Assembly (NCBI GenBank): GCA_963790445.1
Contig: CAWBON010000016.1
Span: 37,501-101,500 of the forward strand
From: an uncultured Alphaproteobacteria bacterium
GTDB lineage: Bacteria > Pseudomonadota > Alphaproteobacteria > Acetobacterales > Acetobacteraceae
Direction of reading: 5' to 3'
DNA length: 64,000 nucleotides
This document shows positions 38,953 to 49,551 of this stretch, piece by piece. The notes under the pieces are model-generated. The model saw nothing but the letters and a program-made list of their open reading frames with translations, did not search any database and was not told where the DNA came from. Positions within the stretch are counted from its first letter, which is position 1, and the number at the start of each line of letters is the position of its first letter. The position numbers were made by a program, and so were the translations under genes.

Positions 38953-41437
38953 TCAGGCGGGTATCGCGGCCTTCCAGCACTTTCTTCGCCGTAGTTCCGC
39001 CAGCGCGATTTCTGCCTCGCGCCTGATATCCGCGACCATGCGTACCGCTTCGATGGGGCGTGCCGCTTCGGTGGGGCGCGCCGCTCGGTGGGATTGGCCG
39101 AGATCGCCTTCTGAAATCGCAAAGCGATCGCCGAAAGCGCCGAAAAGCCAAGGTCCCGGCACTGCCGACCAATTCATGCACAATTCGGCAAGTGATTCCG
39201 ATGCCGCGAAAGGCTGCGGCTCATCTAGCATCCGCAGCAGCGCCTCGATCCGCATGCCAGACAATCGAGCAGTTCATGCAAGGCATCCGATCCCATGCAG
39301 GATGCAAGGCTCGCCATGCAGTCTGCATCGATCGCCGGTAATTCCGCGGATGATGCGCCGGTCGGCGCGCGGCGGCTCGCGCGACGACCGCAAGAAGCTC
39401 CGCCTGGGTGAAGGGCTTCGCCAGATGCTCCGACATGCCGGCACGACGACATTCCTCGGCAGTGCAGATCGAGCGCATTCGCCGTCACCGCCACGATCGG
39501 GACCTGCGCGCGCGACCCATCGAGTGCCCTGATGCGCCGCGTCGCCTCCAGGCCATCCATCCCGGCATGCGCATGTCCATCAGCACAACGTCGAAGTCCC
39601 GCGTCGCGGCAAGTGGACGGCCTCGATACCATCATGCGCCTCGGTCGCCGTGTGTCCTGCCTTGCGCAGGAAGGCTGCGGCGACCTCGCGATTCACCACG
39701 AAATCGTCCACGATCAGCACATGCATGACCGGGTTTCGCGGAGTGCTTCGGCGCCGGCAACGACGTCGAACTCGTCCGCGACCCCGCCGGGCAGCGTCAG
39801 CCAGAACACACTGCCACCGCCTGCGTTGTCGCGGTGCCCCATGTCCCCGCCCATGCGTCGGGCCAGGCGGTGCGAGATCGCCAGGCCAAGGCCGGTGCCT
39901 TCGATATTTGTGCGCTCTGCCCGAAGCGTTCGAATTCCTTGAACAAACGGTGGCGCTGCTCCCTCGGGTATGCCGATGCCGGTGTCGGCGACTTCGAACG
40001 TAAGATGTCGTCGCGTCACCTGCGACACGCAATTCGACACCGCCCCTGCGGCGTATATTTCACCGCGTTGCTCAGCAGGTTCACCAAAATCTGACGAAGC
40101 TGGATACCGTCCGTCACGAATTGCGTCGGAGCGCCGGATGCCAGCGCGATCCGCGTATCTCGAACCTCCGCGCCCTCGCGCCGGGTGCAACAATCGCAAG
40201 ACAATCATGGATCGACGCGCCGCACATCGAACTGCCGCATGTGCAGCGTCGGCCCAGTGCCTCTGTCCGCGCATAGTCCAGCACGACATTGACCACGTCG
40301 CGCATGTGCCTGCCGGCGCGGATGATCTCCGCCGACCTGGCCTGACTGGGCGTGGCTGAGGGTGCCTTCGCTGGGACAATTGCTCCGCGTAGCCGAGTAC
40401 GCCGTGCAGCGGCGTGCGCAGCTCATGGCTCAACGTCGTGAGAAAGCGTGACTTCTCCCGGCTTTCGTGTTCGGCTGTTTGGCGCCGGCGCCCTTCCCGC
40501 CATCGCCCGCGCAACAACAATCCGGCCGCGACGACGATCGCAACACAGGCTGACAAAAGCCACCACAGACATCGGACCGGCATAGGCATTCGCGGTCGCC
40601 GCGTGCCCACGCTGACCACCAGCGGCAAACTGCCGACACGACGGAATACGAACCGGCGCTCGACGGAATCGATCGGGTCGACCGCCGTGATCGGCGTCGA
40701 TCCGTTGCGCATGAACGTGTAGAACGGCGCGGCGCGATCCAGCGTGCGGCCGATATTGTTTAGGTCGAACGGCAACCGCATAAGGACGACGCCATCGTCA
40801 CGCAGCAGAGTAACCGAGTCGTGCGATGCCGGCTCGGGATGGTCGAGCAGGCTACGAAAATATGCCAGACGCACGCCCATAACGACGACACCGGCAAACA
40901 TGCCGTCACTGTCCGTCATGCGGCGACCGACCGGGAAACCGGCAAGATCTTCGCGCTCGGTCGAAACGGCCGGCCGATCAAAAATCGATGCAAGGACAGA
41001 TTTTGCTGCTCCTTGAAGTAATCCCGGTCTTTCCAATGACTGTGGTTGCATCGGCATACCGGCCACGAAACCGCCGTTCTCATCCAGCACATTGATGAAG
41101 GCGAAATACGGATCACTTTGCGCGCGCTTGAACAGCGGCGCGTTGCGCGACTGCACACCCAGGGTCTGATCCTCCGCGGACTGATGCCTGCCGATCACCG
41201 CCTTCAAGGTGAGATCGACCTGCTCCAGGGTGTGCGCAACATCTTGTCGCCGCGCATCGGCCAGCTGCGATGCCGCCGCATCGGCCTGCTGTCGCGATGA
41301 CCGATGTGCGGCCCACACGACGCCGCCGGCCATCAGACCCGCCAGCAGTATCAGGACGTACGGGAGCAGCGCCCCCTCGGTGCGCAGCCAGGCCCACAGC
41401 CAGCCATCCCGCGCGACGGCAATTGCAGAGGATTCAT
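38953..41437 (-). pseudogene. hybrid sensor histidine kinase (sensor-TM-HisKA-HATPase-REC-HPt), very heavily frameshifted
   Basis: 'FLTTLSHELRTPLHGVLGYAEQL', 'QILVNLLSNAVKYTPQG', 'FEVADTGIGIP', 'GTGLGLAISHRLA', REC 'HVLIVDDFVVNREV...LMDMRMPGMDGLEATRRIR...AKPF', HPt 'HELVGSAGTLAF'. Pieces are scattered over all 3 frames, with at least 10 breaks. Confidence 0.75.
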
Positions 41438-41615
41438 GCCTTGCTGTCTCTTCGGCTGGGCCATTGTAGGCAGCAAATCCCTAGCCAATCGTTGACGCGG
41501 GATTTGCCGCAGCCGGCCAGCCAATCGCCCGCCCACGCCAGGGACGCAGACGCCAGGATACCCAGGCCAGGACGCAGACGCTTGAACCAGCAAAACTGAT
41601 GCTGCATACTGGATT

Positions 41616-41936
41616 GTGATGTCCTGTGCAGCAGTCAGGCATGTTCTGGAAATGATCACGGCCGCACAGATGCGGGCGGCGCGCGCCATGCTCGGAATCG
41701 ACCAGCGGGCGCTGGCTGAACGCTCCGGCCTGTCCCTGCCGACCATCCAGCGCATGGAGGCGAGCGACGGCGTGGTGCGCGGCAATGTCGATTCGCTGAT
41801 GAAGCTGGTCGATGCGCTGCAGGCGGCAGGGATCGAGTTGATCGCCGACAATGCCGTCAGTGGCCAGGGCGGCCGAGGAGTGCGGCTGAGCAAACCCGCT
41901 CCGACACCGCGCCGTGCCGGGTCGGGCCGCGCATGA
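41616..41936 (+). CDS. XRE-family helix-turn-helix transcriptional regulator
   Basis: 'ITAAQMRAARAMLGIDQRALAERSGLSLPTIQRMEASDG'. The stop overlaps the hyfB-like start (ATGA at 41933-41936). Confidence 0.75.
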   Translation: MMSCAAVRHVLEMITAAQMRAARAMLGIDQRALAERSGLSLPTIQRMEASDGVVRGNVDSLMKLVDALQAAGIELIADNAVSGQGGRGVRLSKPAPTPRRAGSGRA

Positions 41937-43933
41937 TCTCGCTCGTTCTGGTCTGCATCCTGCTGCTGCTCGGTCTCGGTATCGCCGGCGCACGCCTCGC
42001 GCACACGCCATCGGGAAACAACATCGTCTATGGCGGCAGCCTCGGCGTCTCATGCATATCGCTGCTGATCGCGCTGCTATCCCTTGCCGCAACACCATCG
42101 ACCATAACACTACCACTCGGCCTGCCATGGATCGGCGCGCATTTCCGCCTCGACTCTCTCGCCGCGTTCTTCCTTTTCGTTGTCGGCCTCGGTAGCGCCG
42201 GCGCAAGCCTCTACGCTCTCGGCTACGGCGCACACGAACCCGAACCGCAACGCGTCTTGCCATTCTATCCGATATTCCTCGCCGGTCTGAACATCGTCGT
42301 CCTGGCCGACGATGCCTTCAGCTTCCTGTTCGCATGGGAACTGATGTCGCTCGCCTCCTGGGCACTCGTGATGTCGCACGATCGCGAGCCCGGCAACGCG
42401 CACGCCGGCTTGGTTTACATCATCATGGCGAGCTTCTCCGGCCTCGCCCTGCTGCTGTGCTTCGGCCTGCTCGCGGGACCAACCGGCAGCTACGACTTCG
42501 CCGCGATGCGCGCCGTGCATCCGACACCCGGTCTCGCTGCCATCGCATTGGTGCTCGCATTGATCGGGGCCGGATCGAAGGCCGGCGTGGTACCGTTGCA
42601 CGCTTGGCTGCCGCTCGCGCATCCCGCCGCGCCAAGCCACGTCTCCGCACTCATGAGCGGCGTGATGACCAAGGTCGCCGTCTACGGCTTCATCCGCATC
42701 GCCTTCGACCTGATAGGCGCACCTACTGCGTGGTCCGGCATCCTCGTGCTGGCGGTCGGCGGCATCACCGCGGTGATGGGCGTGCTGTACGCGCTGATGG
42801 AGCACGACCTGAAGCGCCTGCTCGCCTACCACACCGTCGAAAACATCGGCATCATCTTCATCGGCCTCGGCCTGGCAATCGCATTCGGCGCCAACGGACT
42901 TGCGGCCGCCGCCGCACTCGGACTGACCGCCGCGCTGTTCCACGTGTTCAACCATTCGGTGTTCAAGAGCCTGCTGTTCTTCGGCACCGGCGCCGTGCTC
43001 ACCGCGACAGGCGAGCGCGACATGGATCATCTCGGCGGCCTGATCCATCGCATGCCGAAAACCGCATTTGCATTTCTTGTAGGCTGCGTCGCGATCTCCG
43101 CGCTGCCGCCACTGAACGGCTTCGTGTCCGAGTGGCTGACCTTCCAGGCGATCCTGCTTCACCCCAACCTGCCGCAATGGGGCCTGAAGATCGCCATCCC
43201 CGCGGATGGCGCGCTGCTAGCACTGTCCGCCGCGCTTGCCGCCGCCTGCTTCGTCAAGGCGTACGGCGTAACCTTTCTCGGTCGGCCACGCACACGCGCA
43301 GCGATAGATGCGCACGAGGTCGACCGCTGCTCGCTTGCCGCCATGTACGCGTTCGCCGCGCTCTGCCTGCTGGCAGGCATCTTCCCCGGCGTAGTGATCG
43401 ACCTGCTAGTGCCAGTGGTGCACACGCTGACCGGCGCACGAATGCCGACACAACTCGGCGTTGCGTGGCTGTCCATCGTGCCGGTTGCCAGTGCACGCAG
43501 TTCGTACAACGGGCTTCTGGTACTGCTCTTCATCGCTGCATCGGCCTCGCTGGCGGTGCTGGTCATTCACCGCTTTGCCTCACGCGCAATGCGGCGTGCA
43601 CCGGCATGGGATTGCGGCTTCCCGGATGCGCGCCCGGAAACGCAGTATACCGGCGGCAGCTTCGCCCAGCCGATCCGCCGGGTTTACGGCGCGGTCGTGT
43701 TCCGCACGCACGAGACAGTGACAATGCCGCCGCCGGGCGATATCGCGCCCGCGCGCATCGAGAAGCACTTCAGCGACGTGATCTGGGATGTGTTCTACGC
43801 ACCGATCGCCGGCGCAATCTGGCGCGCGTCCGAGATACTGAACCACCTGCAATTCCTCACCATACGACGCTATCTGGGCTTCGTCTTCGCCGCACTGATA
43901 ATCCTGCTGTTCGCGTTGGCGCTATGGCAGTGA
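41933..43933 (+). CDS. hyfB: hydrogenase-4 component B-like antiporter subunit (NuoL/HyfB family)
   Basis: Intact 666 aa, polytopic. 'FLFAWELMSLASWALV', 'GSKAGVVPLHAWLPLAHPAAPSHVSALMSGVMTKVAVYG'. Confidence 0.85.
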   Translation: MISLVLVCILLLLGLGIAGARLAHTPSGNNIVYGGSLGVSCISLLIALLSLAATPSTITLPLGLPWIGAHFRLDSLAAFFLFVVGLGSAGASLYALGYGAHEPEPQRVLPFYPIFLAGLNIVVLADDAFSFLFAWELMSLASWALVMSHDREPGNAHAGLVYIIMASFSGLALLLCFGLLAGPTGSYDFAAMRAVHPTPGLAAIALVLALIGAGSKAGVVPLHAWLPLAHPAAPSHVSALMSGVMTKVAVYGFIRIAFDLIGAPTAWSGILVLAVGGITAVMGVLYALMEHDLKRLLAYHTVENIGIIFIGLGLAIAFGANGLAAAAALGLTAALFHVFNHSVFKSLLFFGTGAVLTATGERDMDHLGGLIHRMPKTAFAFLVGCVAISALPPLNGFVSEWLTFQAILLHPNLPQWGLKIAIPADGALLALSAALAAACFVKAYGVTFLGRPRTRAAIDAHEVDRCSLAAMYAFAALCLLAGIFPGVVIDLLVPVVHTLTGARMPTQLGVAWLSIVPVASARSSYNGLLVLLFIAASASLAVLVIHRFASRAMRRAPAWDCGFPDARPETQYTGGSFAQPIRRVYGAVVFRTHETVTMPPPGDIAPARIEKHFSDVIWDVFYAPIAGAIWRASEILNHLQFLTIRRYLGFVFAALIILLFALALWQ

Positions 43934-44862
43934 TCCAGGGTCTTCTCGTGCAGGGCGCGCAGATGGCGCTGGTGCTACTGCTCGCGCCGCTGCTGACCGG
44001 CCTGGTGCGCAAGGTGAAGGCGCGCCTGCAACGTCGCCGCGGTGCATCGCTGATCCAGCCCTATCGCGACCTCAAGCGCCTGCTCGGCAAGGAAGTGGTG
44101 CTTGCGGAAAACGCATCGTGGCTATTCCGCACTGCACCTTATGTGATCTTCGCGGTCACCTGGGTGGCCGCCGCACTGGTGCCAACCTTCGCCACCGGCT
44201 TGCTGTTCAACTGGTCCGGCGACCTGATCGCCATCACCGCCCTGCTCGGCAGCGCGCGCTTCGCCCAGGCACTCGCCGCAATGGACATCGGCACCAGCTT
44301 CGGTGGCATCGGTGCCTCACGTGAGGTGATGATCGCCTCGCTCGCCGAACCCGCCATGCTGATGATCGCACTGACTGTCGCGCTGGTCGCCGGCTCCACG
44401 CAACTCTCCACCATCGCGGACTACATGGCCTTCTCCGCCGTCGGCCTCCGCGTATCGCTGGCACTCGGCTTGGTCGCGCTGATCATCGTCGCGCTGGCCG
44501 AGAACGCGCGTATTCCGGTCGACAACCCCGCCACGCACCTGGAACTCACCATGGTGCACGAGGCGATGGTGCTGGAATACTCCGGCCGGCATCTGGCGAT
44601 GATCGAACTCGCCGCGGCGCTGAAGCTGCTGCTGTACATTTCAGTCATCGCCTGCATCTTCTGCCCCGTCGGACTCGCCCATGGCTATGCAATCGGCTTC
44701 GTCCTGTACCTGGTCAAGCTCGCCGCAGCCGGCGTGCTGCTCGGGGTTTTCGAGATGTCGATCGCCAAGATGCGCGTGTTCCGCGTGCCCAACTTCCTCG
44801 GCGCCGCGCTGATGCTGGGTCTGCTCGGCGTGCTGCTGCTGTTCGTATCGGAAGGCATGTGA
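43924..44862 (+). CDS. hyfC: NuoH/HyfC(HycD)-like membrane subunit
   Basis: 'LLAPLLTGLVRKVKARLQRRRGASLIQPYRDLKRLLGKE', 'LAENARIPVDNPATHLELTMVHEAMVLEYSG'. Confidence 0.85.
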   Translation: MAVIQGLLVQGAQMALVLLLAPLLTGLVRKVKARLQRRRGASLIQPYRDLKRLLGKEVVLAENASWLFRTAPYVIFAVTWVAAALVPTFATGLLFNWSGDLIAITALLGSARFAQALAAMDIGTSFGGIGASREVMIASLAEPAMLMIALTVALVAGSTQLSTIADYMAFSAVGLRVSLALGLVALIIVALAENARIPVDNPATHLELTMVHEAMVLEYSGRHLAMIELAAALKLLLYISVIACIFCPVGLAHGYAIGFVLYLVKLAAAGVLLGVFEMSIAKMRVFRVPNFLGAALMLGLLGVLLLFVSEGM

Positions 44863-45524
44863 TGCACGGCTACGCCTTCGACATCGCGCACATGCTTGCC
44901 GGCGGGCTGGTGCTGCTCAGCTTCACCATGCTGTATCAGGACCGGCTGTATCCACTGATCAACATGCTGGCGCTGCAGGCGCTCGTTCTGGCGCTGTCGG
45001 TAGCCTGGCAGGCGCATATCCAGCATGCGCCGCACCTCTACATCACCGCCGCCATCGCCCTCGGCTTCAAGGCTATCGCCGTCCCCTGGGCGCTGCGCCG
45101 CATGGTGTTCCGCCTGGGCATTCACCGCGAGATAGCGACAGTCGTTAGCATCGGCCTCACCATGCTCGCCGCCATCGCGTTGGTCGCGCTGTCGATGATG
45201 GTGATGCTGCCCGTCACCGCGCACGCCGACCCGATCGCGCGTGAGGACGTCGCACTGGCCCTGTCGGTCGTACTCATCGGACTGCTGATCATGGTGACGC
45301 GACGCAACGCCGTGGGCCAGGTGGTGGGTTTCCTGTCGCTGGAAAACGGCGTGAACCTCGCAGCCACCGGCGCCCAGGGCATGCCGATGGTGGTCGAAAT
45401 CAGCGTCGCATTCTCCATCCTGATCGCATTTATCGTGATCGGCATATTCCTGTTCCGCATCCGCGAACGCTTCGACACGGTGGACCTCGAAGCACTCGAC
45501 GCGTTCCGCGGTGAGAAGCGATGA
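44859..45524 (+). CDS. hyfE: HyfE-like (NuoK-related) membrane subunit
   Basis: Intact 221 aa, hydrophobic. 'GQVVGFLSLENGVNLAA'. Confidence 0.8.
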   Translation: MMHGYAFDIAHMLAGGLVLLSFTMLYQDRLYPLINMLALQALVLALSVAWQAHIQHAPHLYITAAIALGFKAIAVPWALRRMVFRLGIHREIATVVSIGLTMLAAIALVALSMMVMLPVTAHADPIAREDVALALSVVLIGLLIMVTRRNAVGQVVGFLSLENGVNLAATGAQGMPMVVEISVAFSILIAFIVIGIFLFRIRERFDTVDLEALDAFRGEKR

Positions 45525-46952
45525 CCGAATATGCCATCCTCCTTGTCCCCCTGCTCGCCGCCGCGATACTCGCAGCAATCCCCAACTACCGCCTGTCCGC
45601 GCGCATCAACGTCGCCGCCAGCCTGCTAGCCTTCCTCTGCGCCCTGTTGCTACTGGTCCATCGCCCCGCAACCGGACAGTTCCTCCTGATCGACGACCTG
45701 AACGTGGTGTTCATCCTGCTCAACACCTTCGTCGGCTTCACCACCAGCGCATTCAGCGCCAGCTACATCGCCCACGAACTCGAAACCGGCCGCCTCACAC
45801 CAGGCTACCTGCGTTTCTACCACGTCATGTACCAGCTCATGCTGTTCGGCATGAACCTCGCCCTGGTCGCCAACAACATCGGCCTGATGTGGGTCGCGGT
45901 CGAACTGGCGACACTCACGACTGTCGTGATGGTCGGCATCTACCGCACGCACGAAGCCATCGAGGCCGCCTGGAAATACTTCATCCTCGGCAGCGTCGGC
46001 ATCGCGCTCGCGCTGTTCGGCACCATCCTGGTTTACACCGCCGCCCGCCCGGTGGTCGGCGAAGGCCTCGACGCAATGGTGTGGACCGTACTGATCACCC
46101 GGGCGCACGACTTCGATCCAGCCCTGCTCAACATCGCCTTCGTATTCCTGCTTCTCGGCTACGGCACCAAGGTCGGCCTCGCCCCGATGCACGCGTGGCT
46201 GCCCGACGCGCACGCCGAAGGCCCGACACCGATCTCCGCAGTGCTATCGGGCCTGCTGCTGAATGTCGCTCTCTACGCCCTGCTGCGCTTCAAGATGCTG
46301 CTGGCAGCCAATCCCGGTGCCATCGCCCCCGGCCCTCTGATGATCGCACTCGGCTTGATCTCGCTGATCTTCGCGGCGTTCATGCTGTACCGTCGCCGCG
46401 ACATCAAACGCATGTTCGCCTACTCCTCGATCGAGCACATGGGCATCACCGTGTTCGCCTTCGGCATGGCCGGACCACTCGGCAACTTCGCCGGCCTGTT
46501 GCAGATGACCATGCACAGCCTGACCAAATCGGCGATCTTCTTCTCCGTGGGTCATATCGCGCAGGTGAAGGGCACCCAACGCATCGCCGACATGGGCGGC
46601 CTCACCGTTACGCATCCCGTACTCGGCTGGGGTCTGATTGCCGGTGTCGCTGCCATCGCAGGCCTGCCGCCGTTCGGTGTGTTCACCAGCGAGTTCCTGG
46701 TGATCAGTTCTACCTTCACGCGCCAACCCATCCTGGCAATCCTGTTCGTGTTCGGATTGCTGGTCTCGTTCGGCGCACTGTTCCTGCGCATCGGGTTCAG
46801 TCGCGTTCGGCGAACCACGCGGTCCCACCGGACCTGTGACCGCCTCGTACGTCCCAATGTTTGCCCACCTGACGCTGGTGTTGATCGCCGGCATCTACCT
46901 GCCAGGTCCGTTGGTCACCTGGTTCCAGCACGTCGCGGCATTGCTCGGATGA
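45521..46952 (+). CDS. hyfF: HyfF-like (NuoM/N family) antiporter subunit (frameshift near 46795)
   Basis: 'MWVAVELATLTTV', 'GTKVGLAPMHAWLPDAHAEGPTPISAVLSG'. C-terminus 'VPMFAHLTLVLIAGIYLPGPLVTWFQHVAALLG*' is in another frame. Confidence 0.85.
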
Positions 46953-48353
46953 CCGTCGTGGATACCGCGCAGTGGCAGCGGATCGGCCGGGCTCTCGCCG
47001 CTGGCGACAGCACGCTGTTTGGCCTGTGGGGCGAACCGACCCAGGTGCACATCGCGGTACTGGACCGCGACGCAACAACCATCGCGGTGCATAGTCTTGC
47101 TTGCCCCGACAACAGCTTTCCCTCGATCGGAGCAATCCACGCACCGGCGATCCGTCTGGAACGCGCTACGCGCGACCTGTACGGTCTGGAACCGATCGGT
47201 CTGCCCGACACACGCCCCTGGCTGGACCACGGCCCAAACCCAACTGCCTATCCATTCCTGCCGGTTGAAGGCGACAGCCTGCACCAGATTCCCGTCGGGC
47301 CCGGTCCACGCCGGCATCATCGAGCCGGGACATTTCCGGTTCACCGCCGACGGCGAAACCGTGGTACGGCTGGAACAGCGTCTCGGCTACACGCACAAGG
47401 GCATCGAGCAGCTGATGCACGGCGCGACGATCGAGCAGGCGTCTCGTCTCGCCGGCCGCACCTCGGGCGACAGCACGGTCGCCTACGCGCTTGCCTTCGC
47501 ACGCGCCGTCGAGGCGGCTCTTGGCATAAACGCGCCACGCCGTGCCGCATGGTTGCGCGGCCTGATGGCGGAACTCGAACGCATCGCCAACCACCTCGGC
47601 GATTTCGGCGCAATCTGCAACGATGCGTCATTCAGCATCATGTTGGCCCACTGCGGCATGCTGCGCGAGCTTGTGCTGCGCTGCGCCGCCGCCTGCTTCG
47701 GCCACCGCCTGATGATGGACCGCATCGTGCCCGGCGGCGTCGCGGTCGACCTGACACCCGAAGGCATGTCGCTGACCCGTTCGCTCATCGCTGATGTGCG
47801 ATCACGCTTTGCACCGTTGATTGAACTGTACGACGCCACAGCCTCGCTACAGGACCGCACAGTGGGCACCGGCATCCTGACCGCCGAACTGGCGCGACGC
47901 TTCGGTGCCGGCGGCCATGTCGGTCGCGCCTCCGGCCGTCACTTCGATGCGCGACGTTCGATCGGTTACCCGCCATACGATCAACTTCACTTCAACGTGC
48001 CGGTGCTGCACGAAGGCGACGTGAACGCGCGTGCCTGGATACGCGTCAAGGAGATTGAACAGAGCCTGTCCATGATCCAACAAATCCTGGACCACTTGCC
48101 GGCAGGTGACGTATGCACTGCAATCGAACCAGTCGGCCCGCGCGAGGGGATGGCACTCATCGAAGCCTTCCGAGGCGATGTGCTGATATGGCTCCGCATC
48201 GACGATGCCGGTCGCATCGACCGCTGCCACCTGCGCGATGCTTCATGGTTCCAGTGGCCACTGCTGGAAGCCGCGATCGAGGGCAACATCGTCGCCGACT
48301 TTCCGCTGTGCAACAAGTCGTTCAACTGCTCCTATTCCGGACACGACCTATGA
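46949..48353 (+). CDS. hyfG: NuoC-NuoD/HycE(HyfG)-like 'large subunit' lacking most [NiFe] cysteine ligands (frameshift near 47295)
   Basis: 'GPVHAGIIEPGHFRF', 'LEQRLGYTHKGIE'. The N-terminal ligand motif reads 'RTSGDSTVAY' (expected RxCGxCxxxH). The C-terminal motif reads 'FNCSYSGHD' (expected DPCxxCxxR). Confidence 0.85.
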
Positions 48354-48417
48354 TGCTCGACTGCGGGCTTCACCAGGCTTGTGCCAGCCGCGACGTTAGG
48401 GAAATGGCCGGTCGACA

Positions 48418-48924
48418 ATGCTGAAGACGTTCCTGCAAGGCCTGCGTCCGCCGGTTACCGAACCGGCACCGGCGCTCGATGATCCGGAACTCGCCGCGCT
48501 GAGCGCGAAGCTCGATCGTGCGGCGCAGCGCCGGCTTGGCCACAGCCTGTCGATCCGCGAAGTGGACGCCGGCTCATGCAACGGCTGCGAACTGGAAATC
48601 CACGCCCTTAATAACGCGTTCTACGATCTGGAACGCTTCGGCCTGCGCTTCGTCGCATCACCGCGGCATGCCGACGTGCTGATGGTGACCGGCCCGGTGA
48701 CGAAGCACATGCGCCAGGCGCTGGAACGCACCTGGCGTGCCACACCGGATCCGAAATGGGTGGTGGCGGTGGGCGATTGCGCCGCCGGCATCGGCGTGTT
48801 CGCCGGCAGCCCGGCGTGCGTCGGCGCGGTGTCCGAAGTGGTGCCGGTGGACATCGTCATTCGTGGCTGTCCGCCGACGCCGACCCAATTGCTTCAGGGC
48901 CTGCTGTCGCTGCTCACGACATAG
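48418..48924 (+). CDS. hyfI: NuoB/HycG(HyfI)-like small subunit with [4Fe-4S] ligands
   Basis: 'DAGSCNGCELE', 'SPRHADVLMVTGPVT', 'VVAVGDCA', 'IRGCPPTP': all four cluster Cys positions are present. Confidence 0.85.
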   Translation: MLKTFLQGLRPPVTEPAPALDDPELAALSAKLDRAAQRRLGHSLSIREVDAGSCNGCELEIHALNNAFYDLERFGLRFVASPRHADVLMVTGPVTKHMRQALERTWRATPDPKWVVAVGDCAAGIGVFAGSPACVGAVSEVVPVDIVIRGCPPTPTQLLQGLLSLLTT

Positions 48925-49189
48925 ATCGGCAGTAGCCGGCCATTTGAATTCGCCCGGCGACCCAATCCGCAATTTCGCTGCTGACAAAAGCAAAAGTCCG
49001 GTGATGCCTGCACGGACACGGGACGGTTCGATGCAAGCGCATTCATCCAGTCTGCCCAGGTATCGTCAGCAACGTCTTGGTGTGGCCAGAGTGGCCAAAG
49101 CAATCGTGTGCATGGCAGGCAGCTGCGCCTTGCTGGCATTGCAAGGAGCACAGCGATGCGGCAACCTCAATCGAAATGCCCACGCGTCC

Positions 49190-49250
49190 GAGTTTGCTAC
49201 GCTTCGCTCGCAATGAGAAAACGCAATGACAAACCGCAATGACAAAAAAA
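49190..49250. repeat. REP-like element fragment plus 13-nt-period triple repeat CGCAATGA(G/C)AAA(A/C)
   Basis: 'GCTACGCTTCGCTCGCAATGAG' resembles the common Bradyrhizobiaceae '...GCTTCGCTCGCAATGAC' repeat. CGCAATGA recurs at 49209, 49222 and 49235, followed by an A7 run. Confidence 0.6.
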
Positions 49251-49551
49251 GTTGGGTCGGCCAGAGTGTTTCACTTGTTCACCCCATCTTCCTGCCAGAG
49301 TGGCCGGCTGGGCACGATTGTACCAGTCCGTCATGAGTAACCGGTGGGGCGGCAGTCCCGGCAGGCAGCCATCTCTCTGTCACACAATGCCGCGCGCTCA
49401 CGGTATCTTGGGAACTACGTACATCTCCGCATGTGACGGACTCGACGCGATGTGCCATAATCTCCAAGACGTTTTCGTTGTCACGCGGTTGTAATCTGAC
49501 GCACTACGCGATTGCCATTAACCGGAGCCAGAGTCGTTCGAACCAGCCTTT

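Noticed and set aside
42110-45578. Several long minus-strand ORFs (42110-43177, 44685-45578) and + strand off-frame ORFs (42334-44862 N-terminal part, 45511-46839)
   Set aside because: They are shadow frames of the polytopic hyf membrane genes. They are Arg/His/Asp-rich and incompatible with the clear TM-helix proteins in the annotated frames.
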